From a virus (taxonomy: Duplodnaviria; Caudoviricetes), in the IMG/VR virus record IMGVR_UViG_2907233695_000001, positions 64,001-128,000 of that record: 64,000 nucleotides of DNA; one strand, given 5' to 3'. Positions 39,253 through 50,391 of the stretch are shown here, one piece after another (position 1 is the stretch's first letter; every line of letters begins with the position of its first letter). A program made the position numbers and the translations under genes. The notes under the pieces were generated by a model. The model was not told the DNA's origin and searched no databases. It saw only the letters and a program-made list of their open reading frames with translations.

Positions 39253-41844
39253 TTGAATAATAGTTTGCATAAGCCTGTATACATACCGTCAATTGAAGCA
39301 AATGATATTTATTCGCACATGCATCGAGATAAGGACATTGATCGTAAGTATGTGGGGATGATTCCAAGTAGCTTAGAATTGAATAAATTAGTAAGTATTG
39401 GTCTTTCCATGTATAAAAAGAAGCCAAGTGAGAAATTTCTATCAGACGATATTATTAACGTTAAGTTTAAGCAGAAGGTTAAATCAGCAGATGAAATGGT
39501 ATCACAGATTAAGAAGAAGATCAATCTGCTTACAGATAATCAGGCTGATTACAAAAATAAATTAGAAGAATTCGTACAACTATTGAAACAGGAAAAAATT
39601 CTTCCCAAATGGAAAGAAGTAAGTAATGACCAATTAAGAAAACTATTATACGAGAATGGCTTCGTTCTAACTTCAATTGATGACAAAACAGACGCTATTA
39701 TTAAAACAAGATATGTGGTTTACAAGAGGAGTTCCGCAAAGAGTCGAGTTGGAGAGTGCTTGTTTATTAAAGAGACCTTATACGATGAGATGATAAATTG
39801 GAGTCGTATGAACCTCCCTCTTCAGGATGTTAAGGTGGATGTTCCTAGTTTGCTTGCGTATCAATCCCTAGTTGGTTCGTCTCTCGATGATGTTGTAAAA
39901 ATTCATCCTAATAATATTCTCTTGGTCGATGACATTGAGAGTAAATTCTTAAGAAAGTGCAATGTTGTCCGAAAGGGCGAAAATGGATTGCTGGACAGTT
40001 TTCAAGAAGATATTGTAATTTCTAATAGTTTGTTTGATGGCGAATCGCTGTTAGATAGCAGTTACTTCCCTGAAGATAAAGGAATGATGTTGCTTCGTAA
40101 TCACATGTTTAAATCAGCAGCCTTCAATTGCAATATTCAATCGTATCTAAGGGATAACTGTCCAGAAGGTATCAACTTCGATGAGTGGAAAATAAAAAAC
40201 GCGTATAATGAAGTCTTCGCAAAGGATATTCATTTAATAATTACTCCAAGCAGTTTAAAGGCTTTAAAATTTAGTCACGCAGTTGGTAACGATTCAGAAA
40301 TGTTTAGTTATTGGAAGAATTATATTTCTGACGTAAGCATTGACGGAGCATCACTCTTTGGTGTTGTTAAGAGTGAAAAGAAATCTAAGCATGGGTTAAA
40401 TGAGAGTGGAGAAATCCTTCAGCAAACATCGTATCAAATGCTCAATAGTATGCCAGTAAATAAAAATGACATCCATGAACTTGCTGAATACGAAAATACA
40501 TATATTGAAAAATTAAAAAATGACGATGACTTTTTTGTTCAACACATCTTAAAGTCTGTCACCACTGTAAATAGTAACGCTATGTTTGCTGATCTTTATT
40601 ACCGTAACAAGAAAATTGCACATACGAAGATATTTAAAGATTTCCGCAAGGCCGAGGTTAATAAGCACCTGACTCATATTAAACATGGAAAGATTAGATT
40701 GCACGGTGATTACTGCACGATGTTAGGGAATCCAATGGAATTTCTGGTTCATTCCATTGGGCGCTTAAATATTTGTGAGGATGAATCCAGTCTTAAAGAA
40801 AATGAAATATACACTACTTTATTTGAGTTTAACAAGTGTTTGGTGGGCTTTAGAAATCCTCACACAAGTCCTAGTAATGTATTAGTAGTCAAAAACACTT
40901 ATAATGCGGAGATTGAGAAATATTTTAACTTAACTGACAACATCGTTTGTGTCAACGCAATTAATTTCCCATTGCAAGACATATTAAGCGGTTCTGATTA
41001 TGATTCAGATACATTGCTACTATTCGATAATTCGAAAATGCTTGAGTTAGCAATGAATTGCTTTGGCAAATACAATGTCTGCATTAACAAGGTTGAGAGC
41101 AGCAAAAGGCAATATAACTTAACCGAATCAGATATGGCAATCATTGATAACCAATTGTCAATGAGTCAAAAGAATATTGGCAGAGTCGTAAACCTTGGGC
41201 AATTTTGTATGTCAAAGTATTGGGACTTATTGAACAAAGGAGTGAATAAAGACAACCTTACTGATTTATTGAAGAAAATAGATATTATGACTGTTTTAAG
41301 TGGCATATGCATTGATTTGGCAAAGAAATTCTATGATATTGATATTAATCAAGAGGTTGAGCAAGTTGCAAAAACAAAGGAATTAAATTGTCGGAAGCCT
41401 CTGTTCTGGAAATACGTTAGCCAGAACAAGGAAATAAAAACATTTGAGATGCAATGCCCCATGGATTATCTATACATAGAGTTTTCAGACGTTAAATATG
41501 CTGAGACGCGAGAAAGTATATCTCTGAATGAACTACTCGTGAAGCATAAAATAAAAGATGGAGATAGAAATCAGGAACAAAAAATAATCAAATACGTTGA
41601 GGAAATGAGCAATAAGATAATTAAGGTGTACATTAATATAGCCGATGAAGACGAAAGAAATCACATTTTAGATGATATAATCAAGTATTACGACTTCTAT
41701 ATTAGCAAATTAAAGGTTAAACCGGAAACAATGTATGCAATTTTATCAAAGATACAGAAAAATAAAAGTAAAGTGTCAACAAGATTGATGAATGTCTTAT
41801 ATAGAACACAGAAAAACATTTTTTTAAATGCAATTAATACATAA
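39253..41844 (+). CDS. yonO: YonO-type single-subunit DNA-dependent RNA polymerase
   Basis: KRSSAKSR.G, LFDGESL, LLRNHMFKSAAF, FRNPH, SGSDYDSD catalytic DxDxD; upstream of HU as in SPbeta. Confidence 0.9.
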   Translation: MNNSLHKPVYIPSIEANDIYSHMHRDKDIDRKYVGMIPSSLELNKLVSIGLSMYKKKPSEKFLSDDIINVKFKQKVKSADEMVSQIKKKINLLTDNQADYKNKLEEFVQLLKQEKILPKWKEVSNDQLRKLLYENGFVLTSIDDKTDAIIKTRYVVYKRSSAKSRVGECLFIKETLYDEMINWSRMNLPLQDVKVDVPSLLAYQSLVGSSLDDVVKIHPNNILLVDDIESKFLRKCNVVRKGENGLLDSFQEDIVISNSLFDGESLLDSSYFPEDKGMMLLRNHMFKSAAFNCNIQSYLRDNCPEGINFDEWKIKNAYNEVFAKDIHLIITPSSLKALKFSHAVGNDSEMFSYWKNYISDVSIDGASLFGVVKSEKKSKHGLNESGEILQQTSYQMLNSMPVNKNDIHELAEYENTYIEKLKNDDDFFVQHILKSVTTVNSNAMFADLYYRNKKIAHTKIFKDFRKAEVNKHLTHIKHGKIRLHGDYCTMLGNPMEFLVHSIGRLNICEDESSLKENEIYTTLFEFNKCLVGFRNPHTSPSNVLVVKNTYNAEIEKYFNLTDNIVCVNAINFPLQDILSGSDYDSDTLLLFDNSKMLELAMNCFGKYNVCINKVESSKRQYNLTESDMAIIDNQLSMSQKNIGRVVNLGQFCMSKYWDLLNKGVNKDNLTDLLKKIDIMTVLSGICIDLAKKFYDIDINQEVEQVAKTKELNCRKPLFWKYVSQNKEIKTFEMQCPMDYLYIEFSDVKYAETRESISLNELLVKHKIKDGDRNQEQKIIKYVEEMSNKIIKVYINIADEDERNHILDDIIKYYDFYISKLKVKPETMYAILSKIQKNKSKVSTRLMNVLYRTQKNIFLNAINT

Positions 41845-42024
41845 AAATACACACTTTTTAGAAAAGAGGTCGAAAAAACCCTTATTTTTACTGGATTTTT
41901 CGGTACATGCAAAGGTTTTTATATAGTAAGATATGTTTTTACATATTTTACGTACATTATTTTAACATGCGAAGCGGAACTCCGCTTTAAAAACTAAATT
42001 ATAATCCAAAGGGAGAAATAAACA

Positions 42025-42300
42025 ATGAAAAAAGAAGATTTGATTTTGAAATTTGCAGGTAAAACAGGTCATTCCAAGAAAGATGCTACAGTTTGCGTAG
42101 ACGCATTCCTAGATTGTATCGTTGAAGGACTTGACGAAGATGGTGTAGTGGATATCACTAAGGTGCTGAAACTAACCGTAAAAGAAACTTCTGCACGTAA
42201 AGGTCGCAATCCTCAAACTGGCGAAGAAATTGAAATTCCTAAAGGTAAGAAAATCGCATTCAAAGCATTGAAACGTCTAGATGAAGTTGTAGGCAAATAA
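42025..42300 (+). CDS. hup: HU-family DNA-binding protein
   Basis: ARKGRNPQTGEEIEIP...FKA. Confidence 0.93.
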   Translation: MKKEDLILKFAGKTGHSKKDATVCVDAFLDCIVEGLDEDGVVDITKVLKLTVKETSARKGRNPQTGEEIEIPKGKKIAFKALKRLDEVVGK

Positions 42301-42403
42301 CGTTATCCTCGCAAAGAGGCGCAATACATACAAAGAGGGTTAGCCGATTACGGTTAGCTCTCTTCCCCATTTCCTAATCTACCGTGAAAGGTAAAGACTG
42401 CCT

Positions 42404-43648
42404 ATGAAGAGCTATCTTGTAGATACCAACGTTATTCTTGATCAATATGAAATTCTCAACGATACAAAGTATGTTGTTTCGAGCCATGCTTTGCGTGAAA
42501 TCGAGAAACATGAACATAGTCATAATCAAGAATTATCATATAAAGCGAGACAAGTAAAAAGATTTTTGGATGAGAATAGCAATATTTCGTATGACTTGAA
42601 AGATTATCATTTCAATTTAAACGAAATATTTGATAATTACTACGAAGATAACCGTATGCTTCAAGCGTGTGTTGAAAACGAATATGGATTAGTAACCAAT
42701 GACATCCTGCTAAAACTTAAAGCAGAAGGATTTGGCATTGAGGTTGTCGTTCCAAGTCGAACAGATGTAACTCATGAACACTATAGAGGCGTGAAAGATA
42801 TTTATTTTGATCGGAATAGTACAGAGGATCAAATTAAATTAGCCAGTATTTATGAATCACAGGAACAAAATGTATATGACTTGTCACTCAATGAGTACAT
42901 TTCAATCTGGGATTTATCTAAACCAACATACGATGAAAACAATAAAGTAACCGGATATGAATTAATCGACCAACTAAAATGGGATGGCAATCGATTAATT
43001 AAAATCAAATATAAACATGCAGAGAGCCGTTTTATGGGTAAAGTATCACCTATTAACTATAAGCAGCGTCTTTTATTTGATTTGTTGCAAAATCGCAATA
43101 TTGGAATTAAACTCTGCCAAGGTAACTTTGGCACAGGAAAAGATTACTCCATGGTTGCTAACATGATTAAGTTAATTGAAGATAATGCATTTGAGAAAAT
43201 GATATTCATTCGAAATACAGAACCACTTGAAGGAAGCAAAGAATTAGGATTTTTGCCGGGGGATTTGATGGCAAAAATGGAACCGTGGGTCGGAATGATT
43301 GCTGACTGTCTAGGTGGGTATGAAGGATTACGAATGCTCGTTGAAAAAGGAAAAATTGAAATTGCTAACTTTTCTGCTTTACGTGGCAGAAGCTTTGCTA
43401 ATTCAATTTTATACTGTAGCGAGGGACAGAATTTATCGTCCAATCATATGAAACTTATCATTTCTCGCGTAGGACAAGGTTCTGAACTGTGGATTAACGG
43501 GGACTTAAAGCAGCGAGATAACAAGAGATATGATTCCGATAGCGGTATTCGAACACTTTACAAGTTGAAAGGCCACAAACTATTTGGCATGGTAACTTTG
43601 GATAAAAATGAACGTTCTAATGTTGCCTCGCTGGTTGAACTGCTTTAA
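42404..43648 (+). CDS. phoH: PIN-PhoH protein
   Basis: LVDTNV PIN; GNFGTGKD, LGFLPGDL, LRGRSF, EGQN, SRVG. Confidence 0.9.
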   Translation: MKSYLVDTNVILDQYEILNDTKYVVSSHALREIEKHEHSHNQELSYKARQVKRFLDENSNISYDLKDYHFNLNEIFDNYYEDNRMLQACVENEYGLVTNDILLKLKAEGFGIEVVVPSRTDVTHEHYRGVKDIYFDRNSTEDQIKLASIYESQEQNVYDLSLNEYISIWDLSKPTYDENNKVTGYELIDQLKWDGNRLIKIKYKHAESRFMGKVSPINYKQRLLFDLLQNRNIGIKLCQGNFGTGKDYSMVANMIKLIEDNAFEKMIFIRNTEPLEGSKELGFLPGDLMAKMEPWVGMIADCLGGYEGLRMLVEKGKIEIANFSALRGRSFANSILYCSEGQNLSSNHMKLIISRVGQGSELWINGDLKQRDNKRYDSDSGIRTLYKLKGHKLFGMVTLDKNERSNVASLVELL

Positions 43649-43680
43649 TAATAAAAAATACTTAGGGAGATGTTTTATCC

Positions 43681-43845
43681 ATGTCTAGTGAAAAAATTGT
43701 TGGATTGAACCAAGTTCGTGAAGCACTATTCGCTATTTATCCCAATGCAACAAAAATTACAGTAACTATTGATGGGGATAAAATTAAAGTAGCACCAAAC
43801 GAGGAATATGAAATTCCAGTTGGTGGATACGATTCAGAGGAGTGA
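43681..43845 (+). CDS. Small hypothetical protein (54 aa)
   Basis: GGGAG RBS; ORF read manually. Confidence 0.6.
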   Translation: MSSEKIVGLNQVREALFAIYPNATKITVTIDGDKIKVAPNEEYEIPVGGYDSEE

Positions 43846-43849
43846 TTGA

Positions 43850-45067
43850 ATGACTCCATCTGAATTAAACAAACTGGAAAATGAAACCATCAAAGACTTC
43901 AAGATTCGTATCTGTTCCAATAAAGAACATTATGGTCTAACTTGGGATGATATTCGTGATCTTATTAATAAGCAAACTGGCGATAACTACGGTGAATCTG
44001 CTTACCGCAAATGGTGGGCTGCATTTTCTGATGGTTTAGAGTTAGGAAAACAATCCGGTTTGGATAATGATCAAATCAAAGAGATCGAAGATAAAACTTT
44101 GGAGTTAAAAAAAGAGAGAATTAAACTTCAATCTGTGAGATTTGAGCCAAGCAGGGATTTGCGACTAGAGGCTAGAGACGAATTAATTGAAGAAAAAATT
44201 CTTAAGGCTATTGAGAATAGGCAGACAATCCAAGTTCCTGACATCTACATTAGACCGAACACATTAAAAAGAGACTACCTCTTTACTCTCGCAGATATTC
44301 ATTATGCAGCTAACTTCCAACTCTTAGGATGGATGGATGAAATCCTTAATGAATATAACCCTCAAATTGCACAAAGACGATTGTGGGACATTCTTGAGCT
44401 GTATGTTAACCAAAACGACATTGATAACATTAATCATGTTCATTTGTTTAATTTAGGTGACAGCTTAGACGGTATTCTTCGTATGAGTCAGTTGCAATGG
44501 ATCAAGATGGGAAATGTTGATTCGGCAATTGAGTTCGCAGAGTTTATGAGTACTTGGTTAAATGAATTATCTAAATACTCTAAAGTGGACTACTATGCCG
44601 TATCAGGCAATCATACGGAACTTCGATTACTTAACGGTAAACGAGGCGACTTCTCTAACGAAAATATGGAGAAAGTTGTTTCGCATATCATCTCATGCAA
44701 TCTTAAAGACAATAAAAACGTAAATATACATAAATGTAAAAATCACATGTATGTTGACATTCTAGGCACAAAAGTTCTTGCTGTTCATGGACATGACGAG
44801 CGAAATTTGAGCATGAGTTTAACAGAGTATCCTAAAATCTATGGTCATAACGTTGATTTAATGATAAGTGGGCATTTGCATCATACAGACAGCAAAACCG
44901 TTGGTATGAATGGGCTTAGGGATATTGAGTATATCCAATGTCAAAGCGTTGTTGGAATTGACGACTTCTCGTTAAAAATTAAAAAGACAGCAAATGCTGG
45001 AGCTAAGTTGATGGTCATTAAAGAAGATGTGGGAAGATCGACCATTCATGATTTTAGAGTGAAATAA
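43850..45067 (+). CDS. Calcineurin-like metallophosphoesterase (YonJ-like)
   Basis: DIH, GDSLDG, GNH, HGH, GHLH motifs. Confidence 0.88.
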   Translation: MTPSELNKLENETIKDFKIRICSNKEHYGLTWDDIRDLINKQTGDNYGESAYRKWWAAFSDGLELGKQSGLDNDQIKEIEDKTLELKKERIKLQSVRFEPSRDLRLEARDELIEEKILKAIENRQTIQVPDIYIRPNTLKRDYLFTLADIHYAANFQLLGWMDEILNEYNPQIAQRRLWDILELYVNQNDIDNINHVHLFNLGDSLDGILRMSQLQWIKMGNVDSAIEFAEFMSTWLNELSKYSKVDYYAVSGNHTELRLLNGKRGDFSNENMEKVVSHIISCNLKDNKNVNIHKCKNHMYVDILGTKVLAVHGHDERNLSMSLTEYPKIYGHNVDLMISGHLHHTDSKTVGMNGLRDIEYIQCQSVVGIDDFSLKIKKTANAGAKLMVIKEDVGRSTIHDFRVK

Positions 45068-45176
45068 ATAGAGGTTTAGGTCATGTTGTGAAACACTATC
45101 CTCTACCTCCTTTTATAAGGGACTGCTTCTGTCGTGAGACATTAAGCGGTCTTTTTATTATTTAAGGAGGATAAAC

Positions 45177-46196
45177 ATGATAATATTACCGCAAATGGTA
45201 AAGGTTAAATGGCATAATTTTAATAGAGAATGGTACGAGTCTAAGGGGTATGTCTATACAGGACATCTAAAAGAATTTGAAGTACCAGTTTATGATTTAA
45301 TTGAGGGAAGTCATCAAAAAGTTAGAATTAAATGTGACTACTGCGACAAAGAATTTTCTAGAACATTTAAAGACCATAATTTAATACGCAAGAATTCAGT
45401 AATCGACAAAGATGCTTGTTTTAAATGTGGCAATATTAAATCAATGGAAAGTTCACAGTTGCTATACGGGGTTAATAGCGCAGCACAACTCCCCAAAGCC
45501 AAGGAGAAACGCAAAAGAACATGCTTAAAGAAGTACGGCACAGAAAGTCCGTTGAGTAATGAAACTGTAAGAAATAAAATAAACAATACAGTGATTGAAT
45601 TATACGGCGTAAGCAATCAGTTTCAAAGAGAAGAAGTAAAAGAAAAAAGTAAACAAACATTGTTAAAAAATTATGGCGCTACAAATCTGATGCAAATTCC
45701 TGAGCATTTAGAAATAGCATTGTCAAAAAGGGCACAAACATTATATAAAAATGGCGATGTGTCAACGTCGAGACAGCAAATATATATCTGGAATGTGCTC
45801 GGAGGAGAACTAAATTATCCCGTTGACAGAATTAATTTAGACATTGGTTTCTTATTGGATAAAATTTATTTGGAGTATCAAGGTTCAGGTCATGACCTGT
45901 CTGTTAAAATGAATAAAATATCCAAAGAAGAGCAGAAAGAAATCGATAAGAAACGATATTACTACCTGAAAAACAGAGGGTGGAAAATGATCGAAATTAT
46001 TTCTACTTCTCAGTACGATTATCTTCCAAATGAAGAAGTTCTAATTTCCATGTTCGAATACTCCAAGGAACACCTCAAGGAGCATTCATGGATTACTTTT
46101 GATATTGACAAGTTGACAGTTAGAACGAGTATTTTTGAGATACCCTACAACTTTGGAAAATTACTAAATACGAGACAATATGCTTGTAATATTTAA
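45177..46196 (+). CDS. Zn-finger/repeat homing-endonuclease-like protein
   Basis: CDYC, repeated KT.LKKYG/LYGV units, LDIG..IYLEYQGSGH nuclease-like C-terminus. Confidence 0.7.
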   Translation: MIILPQMVKVKWHNFNREWYESKGYVYTGHLKEFEVPVYDLIEGSHQKVRIKCDYCDKEFSRTFKDHNLIRKNSVIDKDACFKCGNIKSMESSQLLYGVNSAAQLPKAKEKRKRTCLKKYGTESPLSNETVRNKINNTVIELYGVSNQFQREEVKEKSKQTLLKNYGATNLMQIPEHLEIALSKRAQTLYKNGDVSTSRQQIYIWNVLGGELNYPVDRINLDIGFLLDKIYLEYQGSGHDLSVKMNKISKEEQKEIDKKRYYYLKNRGWKMIEIISTSQYDYLPNEEVLISMFEYSKEHLKEHSWITFDIDKLTVRTSIFEIPYNFGKLLNTRQYACNI

Positions 46197-46224
46197 TACA
46201 TACGATATTAGATTATAGGGAGAT

Positions 46225-46758
46225 ATGTTCATGGATAAAAATAAGAATGTTATTGATTTTGATACTATCTTAAATCAAAAAGAAAATTGCAACCATGAGC
46301 ATGTATGTCCTCACTGTGAGTGGCAAGACAAAACAATTGATAATTTTATTAGTCGTATTAAAGGGTTGAGTATCAACGGTCAGACATTCCGTGAGGAAGT
46401 TGAAAACTTAATCGGATATGTTGAGTATTTGACTAGACGCGATACTCTTGCTGAAATTGCAGGAACTCTAATGCAAGAAGTTCAATATATGGATGGCGAT
46501 GACGAGGAATAAACTATGGAATTAGACCATGATATTCCTATCAACCTTATAATGCTCAACAACTATGAGGAAGAGCGCTATGAACACGTGGATGATTACA
46601 TTGAAATTCTGAAAACGTGTAAGAAAGCCGATGAATTTTATGCTCTCATCAGAATGATTATCGATGATACACGTGACAATACGTTGCGTGATATTCTAAC
46701 CAAAAATATTCAACATCAAGCTAAGATACTCGAAGAGACGAAAATAAAAAAGTCTTAG
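46225..46758 (+). CDS. Two hypothetical proteins (46225-46512, 46516-46758)
   Basis: RBS; co-oriented. Confidence 0.6.
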
Positions 46759-46844
46759 GTATGTATGCTCTGTTTATTAAAAGCCTCCACCCTGTCCAGA
46801 GCAGACCGATGCCTCCAAGCTAAATCATATTGGAGGAATGAAAC

Positions 46845-47438
46845 ATGGAAAAAGAACAATTTAAAATGCCCTACTCTGCACTTGATTTTGAGGAATATAC
46901 TTTTTTCAGAGCTTTAGAAGATCGTCAAATTATCTTAAATAGCGAAGTCGATGATTATCTTCTCGAACGTGTTGGATATCAAATCATCAAGTGGAATCGT
47001 GAAGACGATAAATTGCCTGATGGTGAGTCTCGCAAGGAAATTGAAATTATTCTCAATAGTCCCGGTGGAGACGTATATCTTGGCATGGCACTATGCGCTG
47101 TAATTGAGAAATCAGTAACTCCTATTGCAATCACTGTCATCGGTAATGCTGCTTCAATGGGTGCTCTCTTGCTTGTGTCCGGTTCTAGGCACGGACGTAG
47201 ACGAGCATACGAGTTCTCGAATGTCCTCTTCCACGATGGTTCGACCGTACTTTATGGTTCCAGTAACAAGGTAAAAGACCATGTTAAATTCCAAGAGGAA
47301 AAGGATCAACAAATCCGAGACTTTATTATTCGTAACACTAAGATTACAGATGCAAAGTATGAGGATATGAAGGATCGTGAGTGGTGGCTCACTGCTAAAA
47401 GTGCATTAGAGTGGGGCGTTATCGATGAGATTATTTAA
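46845..47438 (+). CDS. clpP: ClpP-family protease
   Basis: LNSPGGDV, AASMG (Ser), FHDG (His), DREWWLTA..ALEWGVIDEI. Confidence 0.9.
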   Translation: MEKEQFKMPYSALDFEEYTFFRALEDRQIILNSEVDDYLLERVGYQIIKWNREDDKLPDGESRKEIEIILNSPGGDVYLGMALCAVIEKSVTPIAITVIGNAASMGALLLVSGSRHGRRRAYEFSNVLFHDGSTVLYGSSNKVKDHVKFQEEKDQQIRDFIIRNTKITDAKYEDMKDREWWLTAKSALEWGVIDEII

Positions 47439-47648
47439 TTAATTAAAACTTATTAAAACTCACATTTCATAAACTTTTTGAACTAGACTGACTCACCATC
47501 TTGGTGGGTCTTTTTGGTTTGCAAAGTTTTTGAGCTGGAAGCAATCTGTTTAAGGTCGTGTAAAGTAAGGGCGATATCTCCCGTCTACCCCTTAGTCCAG
47601 CTCAAGATATTTTAGCCCATATTCGGGTTAGGGAGATTCTTTTCTTTT

Positions 47649-48605
47649 TTGAAAGAAGGTGGAAATATGGCTAGGCCAAAAGGGAGCAGCGCTAAAGATA
47701 AACTCGTAATAGAAAAGATTAAATGTAAAGGCAAGTGTGGTAAAGAAAAAGCGCCAACAAATTTTTATATAAATACAAACCCACTCTTCTCTTCTGAGAA
47801 GTTAGAAGTGTGTAAGGATTGCATATCAGAATATATAGGTACTAAAAGTTCGTCAGGATATCTGAATAGAGTAAAACTTGTTCTTGGACTTATGGATAAA
47901 CCTTTCCTCTATGACTTATGGATATCAAGAGATGAAGATTGGGGAAGGTATATCCCTCAATTATCTTCGTTTCCTCAGTACAAAGGATTGACGAATGCAG
48001 ATAGTACATTTACTGATAAAAAAATAAACACAGAAAACCCAAATGAAAGCTTTGTGCTAAACAGTTCTCCAAGCAGTTACACGAGTGAAGAAATTTCAGA
48101 GTTATCTTCATTTTGGGGTAAAAATTACACTCCTGATGAACTTGAATATCTGCAAACACAATATGAGAAATTTCTAAACTCTTATGAATGCGACTCCTAT
48201 GCAATGGAATTGCTTTTCCAAGAAGCATCTCAGCAAAGGTTAACAATTAATAAATTGCGTCAAGAAGGTAAATCGGTAGACAAAGAACTCAAAACTCTCC
48301 AAGACTTGTTGGGATCAGCAAATGTTAAACCCGTTCAAGAGACAGGTGCAAATGCAACGGAACAGGCCACGTTTGGAACCTTGATTAAGAAATATGAAAA
48401 CGAGCGTCCAATTCCTGAGCCTGATGAAGCTTGGAAAGATGTTGATGGAATAAAGCGTTATATCCAAGTTTGGTTTCTCGGACACCTGTGTAGAATGATT
48501 GGAATTAACAACGACTATTCCAGACTTTATGATGAAGAAATTGCCAAATATACTGTTGATCCTCCAAAGTACGATGATGACATCAGCGAAGAGGTAACAG
48601 TATGA
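47649..48605 (+). CDS. Probable terminase small subunit (YonG-like, Zn finger)
   Basis: CxxxC...CKDC; overlaps the large-subunit start. Confidence 0.65.
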   Translation: MKEGGNMARPKGSSAKDKLVIEKIKCKGKCGKEKAPTNFYINTNPLFSSEKLEVCKDCISEYIGTKSSSGYLNRVKLVLGLMDKPFLYDLWISRDEDWGRYIPQLSSFPQYKGLTNADSTFTDKKINTENPNESFVLNSSPSSYTSEEISELSSFWGKNYTPDELEYLQTQYEKFLNSYECDSYAMELLFQEASQQRLTINKLRQEGKSVDKELKTLQDLLGSANVKPVQETGANATEQATFGTLIKKYENERPIPEPDEAWKDVDGIKRYIQVWFLGHLCRMIGINNDYSRLYDEEIAKYTVDPPKYDDDISEEVTV

Positions 48606-50374
48606 GTGGTTTTGCGAATTTTCAGGTTAATCGTAACAAGGCTCATAATGGTAACGATATCTTCGCTAAAAGTAGAAATTTTAATAAGTCAGCAGATAAA
48701 TCTGAAAGACTTCTGGATGGCATAGGGGTTTGGGCTAGTTTCTATCGTGCAAATCCACATCGATTTGCTAAAGAATATCTTGGGATTACATTAAAGTTGT
48801 TTCAAATAATCCTCATTTTCATGATGAACTTCTCTCACTACTTCATGTATTTAGCTAGTCGAGGTCAAGGGAAAACATTCCTTACTTCTATCTATTGCGT
48901 GATTCGCTGTATCCTTTGGCCTGAAACTAAAATTGTAGTTGCTTCAGGTAATATGAAACAGGCAAGAGAAGTTATAGAGAAGATTGCTGATTTAAGAAAG
49001 AACTCACCTAATTTATCTAGAGAAATTAGTGACTTATCAACTTCAACAAACGATCCTAAAGTAGAGTTTCATAACGGTAGTTGGATAAAGGTAGTTGCGT
49101 CAAATGATGGAGCACGAAGTAAAAGAGCAAACTGTCTTATTGCAGATGAGTTTCGAATGATTGACTTAGAAATCATCAACAAGGTACTAAGAAAGTTTTT
49201 AACTGCTCCTCGGCAACCAAAATATCTAAACAAGCCTGAGTACGCACATTTACAAGAGCGAAACAAGGAAATCTATCTCTCGTCCAGTTGGTATAAGATT
49301 CATTGGTCATGGAATAAGTTGCTTGCATTCTACAAATCGATGTCTGAAGCAAAGAACTATTTTGTGTGTGGGCTCCCTTATCAGTTAGCAGTCAAAGAAG
49401 GATTGCTAATGAAGGAACAAGTTGAAGATGAGATGTCTGAAGCAGATTTTGATGAAATTGGATTTAGCATGGAAATGGAATGCTTATTCTTTGGCGAGTC
49501 AGAGAAAGCCTTCTTTAAATTTGAGGAATTGGACAAGAACAGAAGAATCTCTAAGCCATTGTATCCAAAGGAAATGTATCCTCTTTTAAAGGATAACTCA
49601 TTTAAATACGAGCCTAAAAAAGATGGTGAATTACGCTTGGTTAGTTGCGATATCGCAGGTATGGCAGGAAAAGAAAATGATGCCAGCGTATACACTATTT
49701 TTCGCTTAATACCAAACTCTAAGGGATTTGATCGCCATATCGTCTATATGGAAAGTATGTCTGGTGGTCATACCGTAACTCAAGCAATCCGTATAAGACA
49801 ATTATATGATGATTTTGACTGCGATTATCTTGTATTAGATACGCAGAATATGGGATTGGGCATATATGACCAATTGGTTCAGCCTTTGTATGACAAGGAC
49901 AGAAATGTTGAATATGATCCTTGGACTTGTATCAATGACGATAAAATGGCTGAAAGATGTACTTATACAAACGCACCGAAACTTATTTATAGCATCAAGG
50001 GTAATATGCAGTTCAATAGCGAGTGTGCAATCCTTCTTAGAGATGGATTAAAGCGAGGAAAGGTTAGATTGCTTGCTAAAGAGGCTGATGGCAAAGAGTA
50101 TTTGAAGAGTTTAAAAGGTTTCGAAGCTCTCCCGATTGAGATACAGGTAAAATACGAAGCCGTATTTATCCAAACTACTCTACTCGTAAATGAAATGATT
50201 AATCTTGAGGGTGAACGAACAGATAATGGTTTAATTCGTCTTAAAGAGCCAAAGTCCAAACGGAAAGACCGTTATAGTTCGGTTACATATGGGAATTTTA
50301 TAGCTTCGGAACTTGAGCGTAGTTTATTTAAAGAGAACAATTACGACGACTATAACTACTTCATCTACAACTAA
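48602..50374 (+). CDS. terL: Terminase large subunit
   Basis: [19 protein letters not shown]...ND nuclease, RKDRYSS. Confidence 0.92.
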   Translation: MSGFANFQVNRNKAHNGNDIFAKSRNFNKSADKSERLLDGIGVWASFYRANPHRFAKEYLGITLKLFQIILIFMMNFSHYFMYLASRGQGKTFLTSIYCVIRCILWPETKIVVASGNMKQAREVIEKIADLRKNSPNLSREISDLSTSTNDPKVEFHNGSWIKVVASNDGARSKRANCLIADEFRMIDLEIINKVLRKFLTAPRQPKYLNKPEYAHLQERNKEIYLSSSWYKIHWSWNKLLAFYKSMSEAKNYFVCGLPYQLAVKEGLLMKEQVEDEMSEADFDEIGFSMEMECLFFGESEKAFFKFEELDKNRRISKPLYPKEMYPLLKDNSFKYEPKKDGELRLVSCDIAGMAGKENDASVYTIFRLIPNSKGFDRHIVYMESMSGGHTVTQAIRIRQLYDDFDCDYLVLDTQNMGLGIYDQLVQPLYDKDRNVEYDPWTCINDDKMAERCTYTNAPKLIYSIKGNMQFNSECAILLRDGLKRGKVRLLAKEADGKEYLKSLKGFEALPIEIQVKYEAVFIQTTLLVNEMINLEGERTDNGLIRLKEPKSKRKDRYSSVTYGNFIASELERSLFKENNYDDYNYFIYN

Positions 50375-50391
50375 ATAAAATATGAAAGAGG

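Noticed and set aside
39253-41844. Eukaryote-like RNA-dependent RNA polymerase
   Set aside because: Same two-barrel family, but context and motifs fit the DNA-dependent YonO
47480-47645. tRNA or known riboswitch
   Set aside because: No cloverleaf, T-loop or recognisable aptamer consensus; reported only as a structured leader
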